NCBI GenBank assembly: GCA_963845145.1
Contig: CAWJQU010000002.1
Location: 192,001-256,000 of the forward strand
Source of the DNA: an uncultured delta proteobacterium
Lineage (GTDB): Bacteria > Desulfobacterota > Desulfobacteria > Desulfobacterales > QNYZ01
DNA: 64,000 nt
Direction: 5' to 3'
The notes beneath the pieces are model-generated. The model did no database searches. It saw only the letters and a program-made list of their open reading frames with translations, and was not told the origin of the DNA. Made by a program: the position numbers and the translations under genes. Position 1 is the first letter of the stretch, and each line of letters begins with the position of its first letter. This document shows, in pieces, positions 55,601 to 64,000 of this stretch.

Positions 55601-56005
55601 ATGAAAAACAGGAGAAAGATCGGCATGAAACACGGTATAATCGCGCTTTTTAGTACTATGATGGTTCTAATCGTGCTGCTGGCGACGGGTTTTTCTCAGG
55701 ATGAAATGACCCAGGTGGATAACGATATCTTCCTCGATCCACAAAGACCGCCCACTGTGTTTAACCATGAAGACCATAATGAAATGGCAGAAATCGAAGA
55801 CTGTGCCCAATGTCATCACCTCTATGAGGATGGAAAATTGGTGGAAGATGAATCCTCCGAAGACATGCGCTGTGCTGAATGCCACGAAGAAAAAAAAGTA
55901 GGAAAAACGCCCTCTTTAATGCAGGCCTTTCATTTGAATTGTAAAGGATGTCACCATAGAGAGAACAGTGGCCCGGTAATGTGTGGGGAATGCCATCGCT
56001 GGTAG
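55601..56005 (+). CDS. tmcA: Acidic tetraheme type II cytochrome c3
   Basis: Signal peptide and four CxxCH motifs (CAQCH, CAECH, CKGCH, CGECH). Confidence 0.9.
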   Translation: MKNRRKIGMKHGIIALFSTMMVLIVLLATGFSQDEMTQVDNDIFLDPQRPPTVFNHEDHNEMAEIEDCAQCHHLYEDGKLVEDESSEDMRCAECHEEKKVGKTPSLMQAFHLNCKGCHHRENSGPVMCGECHRW

Positions 56006-56118
56006 ACACACAAGGTACCAGGGGGGGGGTAGAAGGATGGCGAATCGTTAATCGGGGGCTCTTTGCTTTTGGGTTTAAGGGCACCGATTGCCCGTCCAAA
56101 TGATCGAGAGGAGATATA

Positions 56119-56469
56119 ATGACAAAAAAAATTCTCGTGGTGGACGATGACCCTATTATTGTGAAATATCTGGTCAGCTTGTTCCAGGATAATGGATACG
56201 ATACGTGTACCGCGTCGGATGGGAAAGCCGCGTATGATGTGACAGTCAGGGAAAAGCCGGATCTGATCACGCTCGATCTGGATATGCCCGAACATTGGGG
56301 TCCGCGCTTTTATCGTCGACTGACCCAAAATCGTGAATTAAAGCAGATACCGGTGATTGTGGTTAGCGGTTTGGATGGCGATCATGCCATACGCAAAGCT
56401 GTGGCCTTTGTGCGCAAACCGTTTGATACTGACAAGCTCGTGGGAATCGTTAAGAAAACCATTGGGTAA
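56119..56469 (+). CDS. Single-domain response regulator (DVU0259-like)
   Basis: 'KKILVVDDD', 'ITLDLDMP..WGPRFYR', 'KPF'; located after tmcA. Confidence 0.85.
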   Translation: MTKKILVVDDDPIIVKYLVSLFQDNGYDTCTASDGKAAYDVTVREKPDLITLDLDMPEHWGPRFYRRLTQNRELKQIPVIVVSGLDGDHAIRKAVAFVRKPFDTDKLVGIVKKTIG

Positions 56470-56520
56470 TCATTTTGCCGATATCTTTTCAAAAGCCGAT
56501 GACCATGACATCCATTCACC

Positions 56521-56778
56521 ATGAATAGACTCGACCACCGCTCAACGCCGCGGAAAACAATCGTTCCCTGGTATGACTCGGAAGCGGTCTGTCTGGGCAT
56601 GATCGTCCTGATGTTATTCGTTTTCACCTTCGCCTACATCGGCCTGACGGTGACGCGGGACAACTCGACCTATGCAACGCATTCCTGGGTTCCTGTCGTA
56701 TTAATGGCCATCAGCGGCGCCGTTATCCTTTCAACGACAATTCGATTGGTCAGGCGTTATATCTCCCGGCGATTCTAA
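56521..56778 (+). CDS. Small hypothetical membrane protein
   Basis: Two TM helices, 'R...RK.IVPWYDSE..C'. Confidence 0.6.
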   Translation: MNRLDHRSTPRKTIVPWYDSEAVCLGMIVLMLFVFTFAYIGLTVTRDNSTYATHSWVPVVLMAISGAVILSTTIRLVRRYISRRF

Positions 56779-56817
56779 TGAACTGTCAGTACTTGATAAA
56801 TTCGCTTACATGGTCTG

Positions 56818-57318
56818 TTAGCCGGCGTCGAGAAAAGCCTTGAAAGACATCTCTTTATAGCTATTGGTATGAATAAATTTTAAGGCGTTCAACAGCATCT
56901 TGGCCTCAATATAACCGGGCAAGCTACTGATTTTTTCACCGCTTTCAGATACGAACCAGGTGGAAGGAAGGCCACGAATATAGTAATCGCGCGCCAATTT
57001 ACGATCCTTATCCGAGTTGACCTTCACAGAAATAAAATGTTCGTTCAGATAATCGATCACAGCTGAATTTTTCAGGGTTTCTTTATCCATTTTTTTGCAA
57101 TAAGCGCACCAATCCGCATAAAAATGAACAAATATTTTTTTCTGGTCCTGCTCGGCAAGGGCCAGCCCCTCCGCATAAGAGTGCCATTTGATTTGATCCG
57201 CGGCATTCGCCAAGGAAAACCCGACCAGAGAAAATCCGACCAGAGAAAACCAGATTAGAATGAGGCCCACAAGAGCGCCACATATCGCTATAGGTTTTAG
57301 AAAATATTTGTTTATCAT
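56818..57318 (-). CDS. Periplasmic thioredoxin-fold protein (SoxW/DsbD-like)
   Basis: Signal peptide, 'FYADWCAYCKKM', cis-Pro 'GLPST'. Confidence 0.88.
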   Translation of the reverse strand: MINKYFLKPIAICGALVGLILIWFSLVGFSLVGFSLANAADQIKWHSYAEGLALAEQDQKKIFVHFYADWCAYCKKMDKETLKNSAVIDYLNEHFISVKVNSDKDRKLARDYYIRGLPSTWFVSESGEKISSLPGYIEAKMLLNALKFIHTNSYKEMSFKAFLDAG

Positions 57319-57346
57319 TTTAACTCCCGTATATGTCGCTGATTAA

Positions 57347-58045
57347 TCAGATCGCAATGGTCAACTGATTCGACATTAATAACAGCCCCAGCAGAATCAA
57401 AAGAATTCCCGCAACCCGATTAACGTATTGTAAAACCTTGGTTGCACGGCTCAAAAACGCCAGCATATAATTAATAAAAACGGCAATCACAAGGAAGGGG
57501 ATTGCCAAACCCGCCGAATATATACTCAAAAGCACCATCCCTTGAAAAACCGTATCCTGACTACCGGCGACAACCAGAATCGAACCGAGGAGCGGCCCGA
57601 TACATGGACTCCAGCCCGCACCAAAGGCCATCCCCACCAGAAAAGCCCCCATAAAATGCAGTGGTTTGCTCTTTGGATGGACCCGCTTTTCAAAATCAAG
57701 CCCCGGAATACGAATAATTCCCGTTAAATGGATACCCAAAATGATGATTAACGCGCCGCCGCCGATACGAATCCAGTCGCTATGGGTGCTGATAAACCCA
57801 CCCAGAAATGAGGCCGAAGCCCCTAGAAGAACAAATACGACTGAAAATCCAAGGACATAAGCCAACGTGGAGAACAGGACTTTTTTCCGGATCCGAGCAG
57901 TTGTTCCCTCGGTCAATTCCTCCAATGATGCGCCGGTGATAAAGGTAAAGTAGGCTGGAATCAGGGGAAGAATACAGGGTGAAAAAAAAGAGAGCAGCCC
58001 CGCCGAGAATGCAGCGAAGTAAGAAACGGTTTCGGTAAACATCAC
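57347..58045 (-). CDS. ccdA: Cytochrome c biogenesis protein CcdA
   Basis: 'AGLLSFFSPCILPLIPAY', 'GWSPCIGP.LG'. Confidence 0.92.
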   Translation of the reverse strand: MMFTETVSYFAAFSAGLLSFFSPCILPLIPAYFTFITGASLEELTEGTTARIRKKVLFSTLAYVLGFSVVFVLLGASASFLGGFISTHSDWIRIGGGALIIILGIHLTGIIRIPGLDFEKRVHPKSKPLHFMGAFLVGMAFGAGWSPCIGPLLGSILVVAGSQDTVFQGMVLLSIYSAGLAIPFLVIAVFINYMLAFLSRATKVLQYVNRVAGILLILLGLLLMSNQLTIAI

Positions 58046-58378
58046 AATCCTATCAAAAATATATCAGGGGTTACGGGTAAAGACCCGAATTTTTCAAAAA
58101 CTCTATTAACAATACCGGAAAAAGTAAATACCGCGCCCTGAATGTCAACGCAGATGCTTGCTTCTCTTCGCCGGGTTAAAAACGGATTGAAAGTGGAGAG
58201 AAACGTCAAAAAGAGGCCGCTATTGAGATATCAGCGACGGTTCTTTTGGCGCTGCCATAAGGTGGTTTTTTCGTATATTACCGCCTAGTTTTCGAAAAAT
58301 CTTGACTTCTTGAACGCATTATCATTAAATTAAACAAACCATTGAATTTTAATTACGAATAGATCGGAAAGCCCATAC

Positions 58379-58678
58379 ATGTTCATTGTCGGATATTTTC
58401 TAAATGCCCTGGCCACTGTTATCAATTACGTGTTGACGTTCTACTTATTTATCATCATCGCCCGTGCGATTTTGTCGTGGGTGAGCCCGGACCCTTACAA
58501 TCCCATTGTTCGATTTATCCACAACGTTACCGAGCCAATCCTTCATCCCATTCGTACCCGACTACCCATGAGTTACGGCGGGATAGATCTGTCGCCGCTG
58601 ATTGTCTTTTTGGCTATTGTTTTTCTTCAAAAGTTTCTGGTTAATACCCTGCTCAGGGTATCGGCATCCTTTATTTAA
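58379..58678 (+). CDS. yggT: YggT family membrane protein
   Basis: 'ILSWV.PDPYNPIVRF....TEP.L.P.R...GGIDLSP'. Confidence 0.9.
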   Translation: MFIVGYFLNALATVINYVLTFYLFIIIARAILSWVSPDPYNPIVRFIHNVTEPILHPIRTRLPMSYGGIDLSPLIVFLAIVFLQKFLVNTLLRVSASFI

Positions 58679-58701
58679 ATCAACTGATTTAAGGAGAAGC
58701 C

Positions 58702-59205
58702 ATGACTTTGACTATAGATGACATAAAAAAGCGGCGCTTCAAGATTCGATTTCGAGGATTTGATGTTCGGGATGTGGATACCTTTATGGAGTCAGTGCTT
58801 GACAGTTTTGATGAAATATTTAAAGAAAACGTTCAGTTAAAGCAAAATTATCAAAGGTTGAACGAATCGCATCAAGAGTTAAAAAAACATGATGAAATTC
58901 TGAAAGAGACGATTATCAGTACCCGTAAAATCGTTGAGCACCTGAATAAAAATGCCCGTAAGTCGGCTGAAGTCATTATCGCCGAGGCTGAAGCCAAAGC
59001 CGGAAAACTCTTAAACCGCACCCAAACCCGACTGGCTCAGTTGCATCAGGATATCACCGAGTTGAAGCGGCAGCGGATTCAAATTGAAGCACAGATTCGG
59101 TCCGTTATCGATACGCATGGGAAACTACTCGACACCAGCGGTAAAGAAATGGCAACCATGGACGAAACGTATGAAAAGGTTCGCTTTATCAATCACAATA
59201 AGTAA
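58702..59205 (+). CDS. divIVA: DivIVA domain protein
   Basis: 'LT..DI....F...FRGFD..DVD.F' followed by coiled coil. Confidence 0.85.
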   Translation: MTLTIDDIKKRRFKIRFRGFDVRDVDTFMESVLDSFDEIFKENVQLKQNYQRLNESHQELKKHDEILKETIISTRKIVEHLNKNARKSAEVIIAEAEAKAGKLLNRTQTRLAQLHQDITELKRQRIQIEAQIRSVIDTHGKLLDTSGKEMATMDETYEKVRFINHNK

Positions 59206-59273
59206 AATCGACAACCAGCGGCAGATTTCACGAGCCTCGATATACTTTCGATAAATTAGAGAGGAACCCCACT

Positions 59274-60356
59274 ATGGCAAAAATCGACGCCTTCTTTAAA
59301 TTGATGCACGAACAGAATGCTTCCGACCTTCACCTGGCAGCCGGTCAGCAGCCGGCACTTCGAATTCATGGCGATATGGAACGGATTAAATACGAAACGC
59401 TTAATAATGAGAATCTACGGAAAATTCTTTACGAAATAACACCGGAAGAAAAAATTAAAACTTTTGAAGAGACCGGCGATCTTGATTTTGCCTATGAAAT
59501 TCCGGGGCTGGCCCGTTACCGGGTCAATTATTACATGCACAAAGATGGTATCGCCGCCGCGTTTCGGGAAATCCCCAGTGTCATTAAAACTGTGGAAGAG
59601 CTTGGATTACCGTCGGTCATCACCAAACTCGCCTATCTGCCCCGGGGGCTGATACTGGTTACGGGACCCACCGGTAGCGGCAAATCAACTTCGTTGGCCG
59701 CCATCATTGATGAAGCTAACCGAAATCGCCAGGACCATATCATTACCATTGAGGATCCCATCGAGTTCGTGCATCAAAGCAAGGGATGCTTGGTCAATCA
59801 TCGTGAAGTCGGTATTCATACCCAATCGTTTTCCGCCGCATTACGGGGTGCGTTGCGTGAAGACCCCGATATTATCCTGGTGGGTGAAATGCGGGATCTC
59901 GAAACCATTTCACTGGCCATTGAAGCGGCCAACACCGGCCATCTGGTCTTTTCCACCGTCCATACCACCAGCACCTCCTCAACGGTGGATCGTATCATCG
60001 AAGTCTTTCCGTCCCACGAGCAAGCCCAGATTCGGTCCACCCTCTCCGACAGTATTCGCGCCATTGTAACCCAGACCTTATTCAAACGAACCGATATTCG
60101 CGGACGGATTGCGGCCATGGAGATTCTTATCGCCACACCCGCCGTACGCGCCCTTATTCGGGACGCGAAGTCCCATCAGATTCCTTCAGCCATACAAACC
60201 GGGAAACGCTACGGCATGCAGATGCTCGATGATGGGATCATGGATCTGTTGAGTCGGCGAAAAATCGACCCTGATGATGCCTATGCCAAGGCTTTTGAGA
60301 AATCACGTTTTAGGCCCCTACTCAGAAAACCGCCGAGTGATTTTACTGAAGCCTAA
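59274..60356 (+). CDS. pilT: Type IV pilus retraction ATPase PilT
   Basis: 'ASDLHL', Walker A 'GPTGSGKST', 'TIEDPIE', 'ALREDPD.ILVGEMRD', 'G...GMQ'. Confidence 0.93.
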   Translation: MAKIDAFFKLMHEQNASDLHLAAGQQPALRIHGDMERIKYETLNNENLRKILYEITPEEKIKTFEETGDLDFAYEIPGLARYRVNYYMHKDGIAAAFREIPSVIKTVEELGLPSVITKLAYLPRGLILVTGPTGSGKSTSLAAIIDEANRNRQDHIITIEDPIEFVHQSKGCLVNHREVGIHTQSFSAALRGALREDPDIILVGEMRDLETISLAIEAANTGHLVFSTVHTTSTSSTVDRIIEVFPSHEQAQIRSTLSDSIRAIVTQTLFKRTDIRGRIAAMEILIATPAVRALIRDAKSHQIPSAIQTGKRYGMQMLDDGIMDLLSRRKIDPDDAYAKAFEKSRFRPLLRKPPSDFTEA

Positions 60357-60392
60357 CCGATTGGACCTTCTATTGCGACAGGGAGAATAACC

Positions 60393-61589
60393 ATGCGCAA
60401 GCAAGAGATTGACTATATTTTAAACCGAATGCTCGACACCTACAAAGATGTTTCCGATCTGAACATCACCACGGGAAAACCGTTTCAGGTTGAGGTTTCC
60501 GGACAACTACGTGAAGTGCCCCTGGTACCACCGATTAAAGCACTGACCCCTTTTCAGACCGAAATCTTCGCGCTTAACCTGATTAATCAGGACCGCCGCC
60601 TAATGAAGGATTTACTTGAAAAGGGCTCCTGCGATTTATCCTATGAACTGTCGGGAAAAGCGCGTTTTCGGGTCAGTGTGTTTTCCCAAATGGATAATCT
60701 GTCGGTTGTGTTGCGCCGACTGGAAACACGCATTCCAACCCTGCAAAAACCGTTCGCCGACTCCAATAAGCTGCCCGATGCATTTGGTCAGATCGCCAAG
60801 GAGAAAAACGGCATCGTGCTGGTCACCGGTGCCACGGGTAGCGGCAAAACCACCTCTTTAGCCGCAGTGTTAAATGAGATCAACGAAACCCAGCCGGTTC
60901 ATGTCATCACCCTTGAAGATCCGGTGGAATATAGGCATCCCCAAAAAAAAGCGACGTTTAACCAACGGGAGATGGGCTCCGACTTTATGTCTTTTTCACA
61001 TGGCCTGCGTGCCGCTTTACGCCAGGCCCCAAAAGTGATTCTGGTGGGCGAAATGCGGGACCGTGAGACCGTGGAGATTGCCTTAAGAGCTGCAGAAACG
61101 GGGCATCTCGTGTTAAGCACCCTGCATACGGTGGATGCCGGCCAAACCATCAACCGCGTTCTTGGCATGTTTAATACGGATGAGGAAAAACAGGTTCGAA
61201 TTCGATTGGCCGATTTGGTTCGCTGGATCGTTTCCCAACGGCTCATGCCCCGCGTCGGGGGCGGCAGGGTGGCGGCCTTCGAAGTCATGGGGACCAACCT
61301 GCGGGTTAAAGACGTCATTCGGCATGGTGAGACCGAAGAAAAAACGTTTCATAAGATCATTGAGCAGGGTAAGGCATTTGGCATGATCACCTTTGATGAT
61401 TACCTGGTCGATCTGTTTGAGAAGGGGATTATCGCCGAAGAGACGGCTAGATCCTACGCCACTCGAAAGGGCGTCACGGGTCGCGGGATTGATATGGTTA
61501 AGAGCCGGCGCGGCGAGGCAACCACGGATATCAAGGGTTTGCAAGTCGATAAGGAATACAGTCAAGGGATGGATTCAGATCTATTTTAA
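60393..61589 (+). CDS. PilT/PilU-family ATPase paralogue
   Basis: 'GATGSGKTT', 'TLEDPVE', 'ALRQAPKVILVGEMRD', 'AETGHLV.STLHT'. Confidence 0.9.
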   Translation: MRKQEIDYILNRMLDTYKDVSDLNITTGKPFQVEVSGQLREVPLVPPIKALTPFQTEIFALNLINQDRRLMKDLLEKGSCDLSYELSGKARFRVSVFSQMDNLSVVLRRLETRIPTLQKPFADSNKLPDAFGQIAKEKNGIVLVTGATGSGKTTSLAAVLNEINETQPVHVITLEDPVEYRHPQKKATFNQREMGSDFMSFSHGLRAALRQAPKVILVGEMRDRETVEIALRAAETGHLVLSTLHTVDAGQTINRVLGMFNTDEEKQVRIRLADLVRWIVSQRLMPRVGGGRVAAFEVMGTNLRVKDVIRHGETEEKTFHKIIEQGKAFGMITFDDYLVDLFEKGIIAEETARSYATRKGVTGRGIDMVKSRRGEATTDIKGLQVDKEYSQGMDSDLF

Positions 61590-61755
61590 ATGGTGAAGGA
61601 AGGAATAAAGGGCCTTTGCCTATACTTTATTGCGAACAATCATTTTAGACGTTTTACAAATTGAACCGTAAATTACATTGAGCCAAACCCCAATCGAGGT
61701 GCAAGATCGCTTAACCGGCCCGGTTTAAAGCGCCTTGTGGGCCAAGGAGGATTGA

Positions 61756-62505
61756 ATGGAAATAAAATGCCCTGCATGCGAATCCGGATACCGAATTCCA
61801 CCGGAAAAACTACCCGCGGATAAAGAGGTGATCGCTTTTCCCTGCCCCAATTGTTCTCACCCTCTGACGGTTAATCTTAAAGAAACCGAACCATCAATCT
61901 CACAAACCGAGATGAACCCCGATGGTAAAAAGGTAGAGGAAAAGCCGGAGGAACGGCCACAAGCACCAAAAGCTGCCGAGGACGGCATGACGGATGATCT
62001 AACACAAACCTATGATGCAATGGAAAAACCATTTGATTTTTTGAATGAGGGCGAGCGAACCGCGCTGATTTGCGAACCGAATTCGAATATGAAACAAACC
62101 GTTCGTCAAGCGCTTGAAGCGTTGGGCTTTCACTGCGCTGAAGCCCAATCGACGTTGGAAGCGTTAAAACAGTTGCGCTATCACATTTTTGATTTGGTCG
62201 TTTTAAATGAAAATTTCGATGGCAAAGAACCGGAAGAGAATCCTTTGCGTATTTATCTAAGCCGCCTTCCAATGGCCACGCGCCGAAATATCTATGTTAT
62301 TTTACTAACCCGCCGGTTTCGAACGATGGACAACATGGCGGCCTTTAACCTGAGTGCCAATCTCGTGATCCATGAGAAAAATATGGGGCAAATGGAGCAG
62401 ATCACCCAAAGGGGTCTTGCCGATAATGCCGCATTCTATAATATGTATCATCAAGCTCAAGATTCCACCGGCGAAAGCGAGGTAGTGTTAGACCGAAGCT
62501 TCTAA
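61756..62505 (+). CDS. MJ0042-type zinc-ribbon protein with a degenerate receiver-like domain
   Basis: 'I.CP.C...Y.I...KLP.......CP.C' N-terminus; C-terminal REC-like fold. Confidence 0.75.
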   Translation: MEIKCPACESGYRIPPEKLPADKEVIAFPCPNCSHPLTVNLKETEPSISQTEMNPDGKKVEEKPEERPQAPKAAEDGMTDDLTQTYDAMEKPFDFLNEGERTALICEPNSNMKQTVRQALEALGFHCAEAQSTLEALKQLRYHIFDLVVLNENFDGKEPEENPLRIYLSRLPMATRRNIYVILLTRRFRTMDNMAAFNLSANLVIHEKNMGQMEQITQRGLADNAAFYNMYHQAQDSTGESEVVLDRSF

Positions 62506-62543
62506 GCTTTTGTACCGCTTGACAATTATTGGATTAGCAGCTC

Positions 62544-63323
62544 TTACAGCTTACACGCCGCCATTTCCTCGCTGATGATTCGCAATCCGGCCAAGGTCAG
62601 ATCCCGGTTGACAGTATCGATACAATCAGTCACCCCGGACATTAATTCGGACAACCCACCCGTAGCCACCACCTTTGGATCGGTACCCATTTCACTGCGC
62701 ATCCGTTTAACGACACCATCCACCAGGCCGGCATACCCATAGATAATTCCGGATTGAATGCAATGGATGGTCGTTTTCCCAATGACTTTGTCGGATGGTG
62801 AAAAGATTTCCACACGAGGTAGTTTAGACGCTTTTCTAAATAGTGCTTCGGCGGAAATCATGATCCCCGGACAGATCACACCGCCTAGATACTCCCCTTT
62901 GTCGGAAACCGCATCAAAGGTGGTCGCCGTCCCAAAATCAATCACCACCAGACTACTTTGATACCGGCGATAAGCAGCAACAGCGTTAACGATTCGGTCG
63001 GCCCCCACTTCGGAGGGGTTGGGCAGAAGAATGGGCATACCGGAATAAGAGGAAGCGTCAACCCAGGTTGGACAATGACCTAAATATTTTTGGCAAAATG
63101 AATCGAGAATGGTAACCATCGGTGGAACCACACAGGAAATAATGGTGCGCTCAATATCTTTTGACGATAAACCCCGGCTGGCAAACAACCCCGAAGCCAA
63201 TAAATTAAATTCATCCTCGGTCGTATTCCGTTCCGTCCGGATTCTCCAATTGGTGATAAGTTGTTCCCCTTTAAAAACACCGACCACAATATTGGTATTA
63301 CCCACATCAATAACCAAAAGCAT
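62544..63323 (-). CDS. coaX: Type III pantothenate kinase
   Basis: 'IDVGNTN', 'VGADR', 'IDFGTATT', 'GG.I.PG', 'ATGG'. Confidence 0.95.
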   Translation of the reverse strand: MLLVIDVGNTNIVVGVFKGEQLITNWRIRTERNTTEDEFNLLASGLFASRGLSSKDIERTIISCVVPPMVTILDSFCQKYLGHCPTWVDASSYSGMPILLPNPSEVGADRIVNAVAAYRRYQSSLVVIDFGTATTFDAVSDKGEYLGGVICPGIMISAEALFRKASKLPRVEIFSPSDKVIGKTTIHCIQSGIIYGYAGLVDGVVKRMRSEMGTDPKVVATGGLSELMSGVTDCIDTVNRDLTLAGLRIISEEMAACKL

Positions 63324-63328
63324 AAACC

Positions 63329-64000
63329 TTACCCTCCCTGTTTGTTTGCAGAACCGATATGAACGGTAAAAACTTCCGGAGTCGCCTTAATCAACGTTGT
63401 GTTTAGCGGTAACAGAATGACGGCGCGGCGTACAAAAATCCCGGAATCAAGCCCGGTCAGATCGACATATACATCGAATTGTGGATTCGTTGTCAGATTG
63501 CCGATTATTTGATCAGGGCCTTCAATGGTTAAATCAATGGTAGGCGGCGAGATTTTGTAGGGTTTTTCATCACCCTTGCTCTTGATCCTTATGCCGCGAA
63601 GTGTTTTCACCATCGTTCTTTTTTTAAAAGTCACTTCGATCATAACCGGCTCTGGTTTGGCCGGTTCAACATCATCGGGAAGATCAAGGACGACATGCTT
63701 TTTTAAAACCGCGGACATGCCGGTAATGGCCACCGGCTTGATAGGAATGCGGGCCATTTTGGCCAAAACGGAGCCAGGGCCAACGACTCGAACCCAGTCG
63801 GGTTTAACAATCGTATTGGCCACAACGTATCCTGTTGCCGGCGTACCAGTTAACACGACTTCGACGGGTAGGCGCTTTTCAATGCGTTGTTCAATATGAA
63901 CCGTTATCATCTGCGGTTGGATATTGACGATCAAAATCCCTTTGGGCAACTCAATTCTCTCAGCTTCGACCGGGATAGTTTGAACCCCACCCCCGGAAGA
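63329..64000 (-). CDS. cdaR: CdaR/YbbR-like protein (5' end outside window)
   Basis: YbbR-like repeats 'G.PA.GY.......P..V.V.GP' and 'YVDL.GL..G'; directly upstream of coaX. Confidence 0.75.
   Translation of the reverse strand, partial: SSGGGVQTIPVEAERIELPKGILIVNIQPQMITVHIEQRIEKRLPVEVVLTGTPATGYVVANTIVKPDWVRVVGPGSVLAKMARIPIKPVAITGMSAVLKKHVVLDLPDDVEPAKPEPVMIEVTFKKRTMVKTLRGIRIKSKGDEKPYKISPPTIDLTIEGPDQIIGNLTTNPQFDVYVDLTGLDSGIFVRRAVILLPLNTTLIKATPEVFTVHIGSANKQGG

Noticed and set aside
52173..64000. tmcDCBA, ccdA, yggT-divIVA-pilT and coaX-cdaR as novel loci
   Set aside because: Ordinary conserved gene sets of sulfate reducers.

Overview
A 64 kb window from what looks like a sulfate-reducing Desulfobacterota (Desulfobacterales-like) genome. 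This is inferred from the Tmc operon and the palindromic intergenic repeats. Many single-base frameshifts, densest at about 37-47 kb, look like long-read or assembly error, so split ORFs are joined here. In order the window contains: (1) a sigma54-driven operon for an outer-membrane beta-barrel, a DUF11/SdrD-type protein and a giant Cys-rich DUF11/CARDB surface protein; (2) a VIT-vWA PEP-CTERM protein, exosortase K and creBC, with a 4x cre-tag array upstream; (3) a two-component system, msrAB and small enzymes; (4) an accessory island with a HExxH lipoprotein and three tandem proteins built as variable cargo + Ig-like domain + basic linker + PorU/gingipain-like C25 peptidase, facing a convergent RiPP-type cassette (cytochrome c, PqqD/RRE, radical SAM, an unannotated precursor peptide with a YxxPxL leader, a P-loop HprK/ScmC-like protein and an S24/S26 peptidase), part of which is duplicated; (5) a tyrosine-recombinase/IS91-like element whose transposase halves are in permuted order around attC-like sites; (6) housekeeping genes (ketoacyl synthase, O-methyltransferase, tmcDCBA, ccdA, yggT, divIVA, two pilT paralogues, coaX, cdaR). 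The best candidate for a new system is the C25 cargo/sortase array together with the neighbouring rSAM RiPP cassette.
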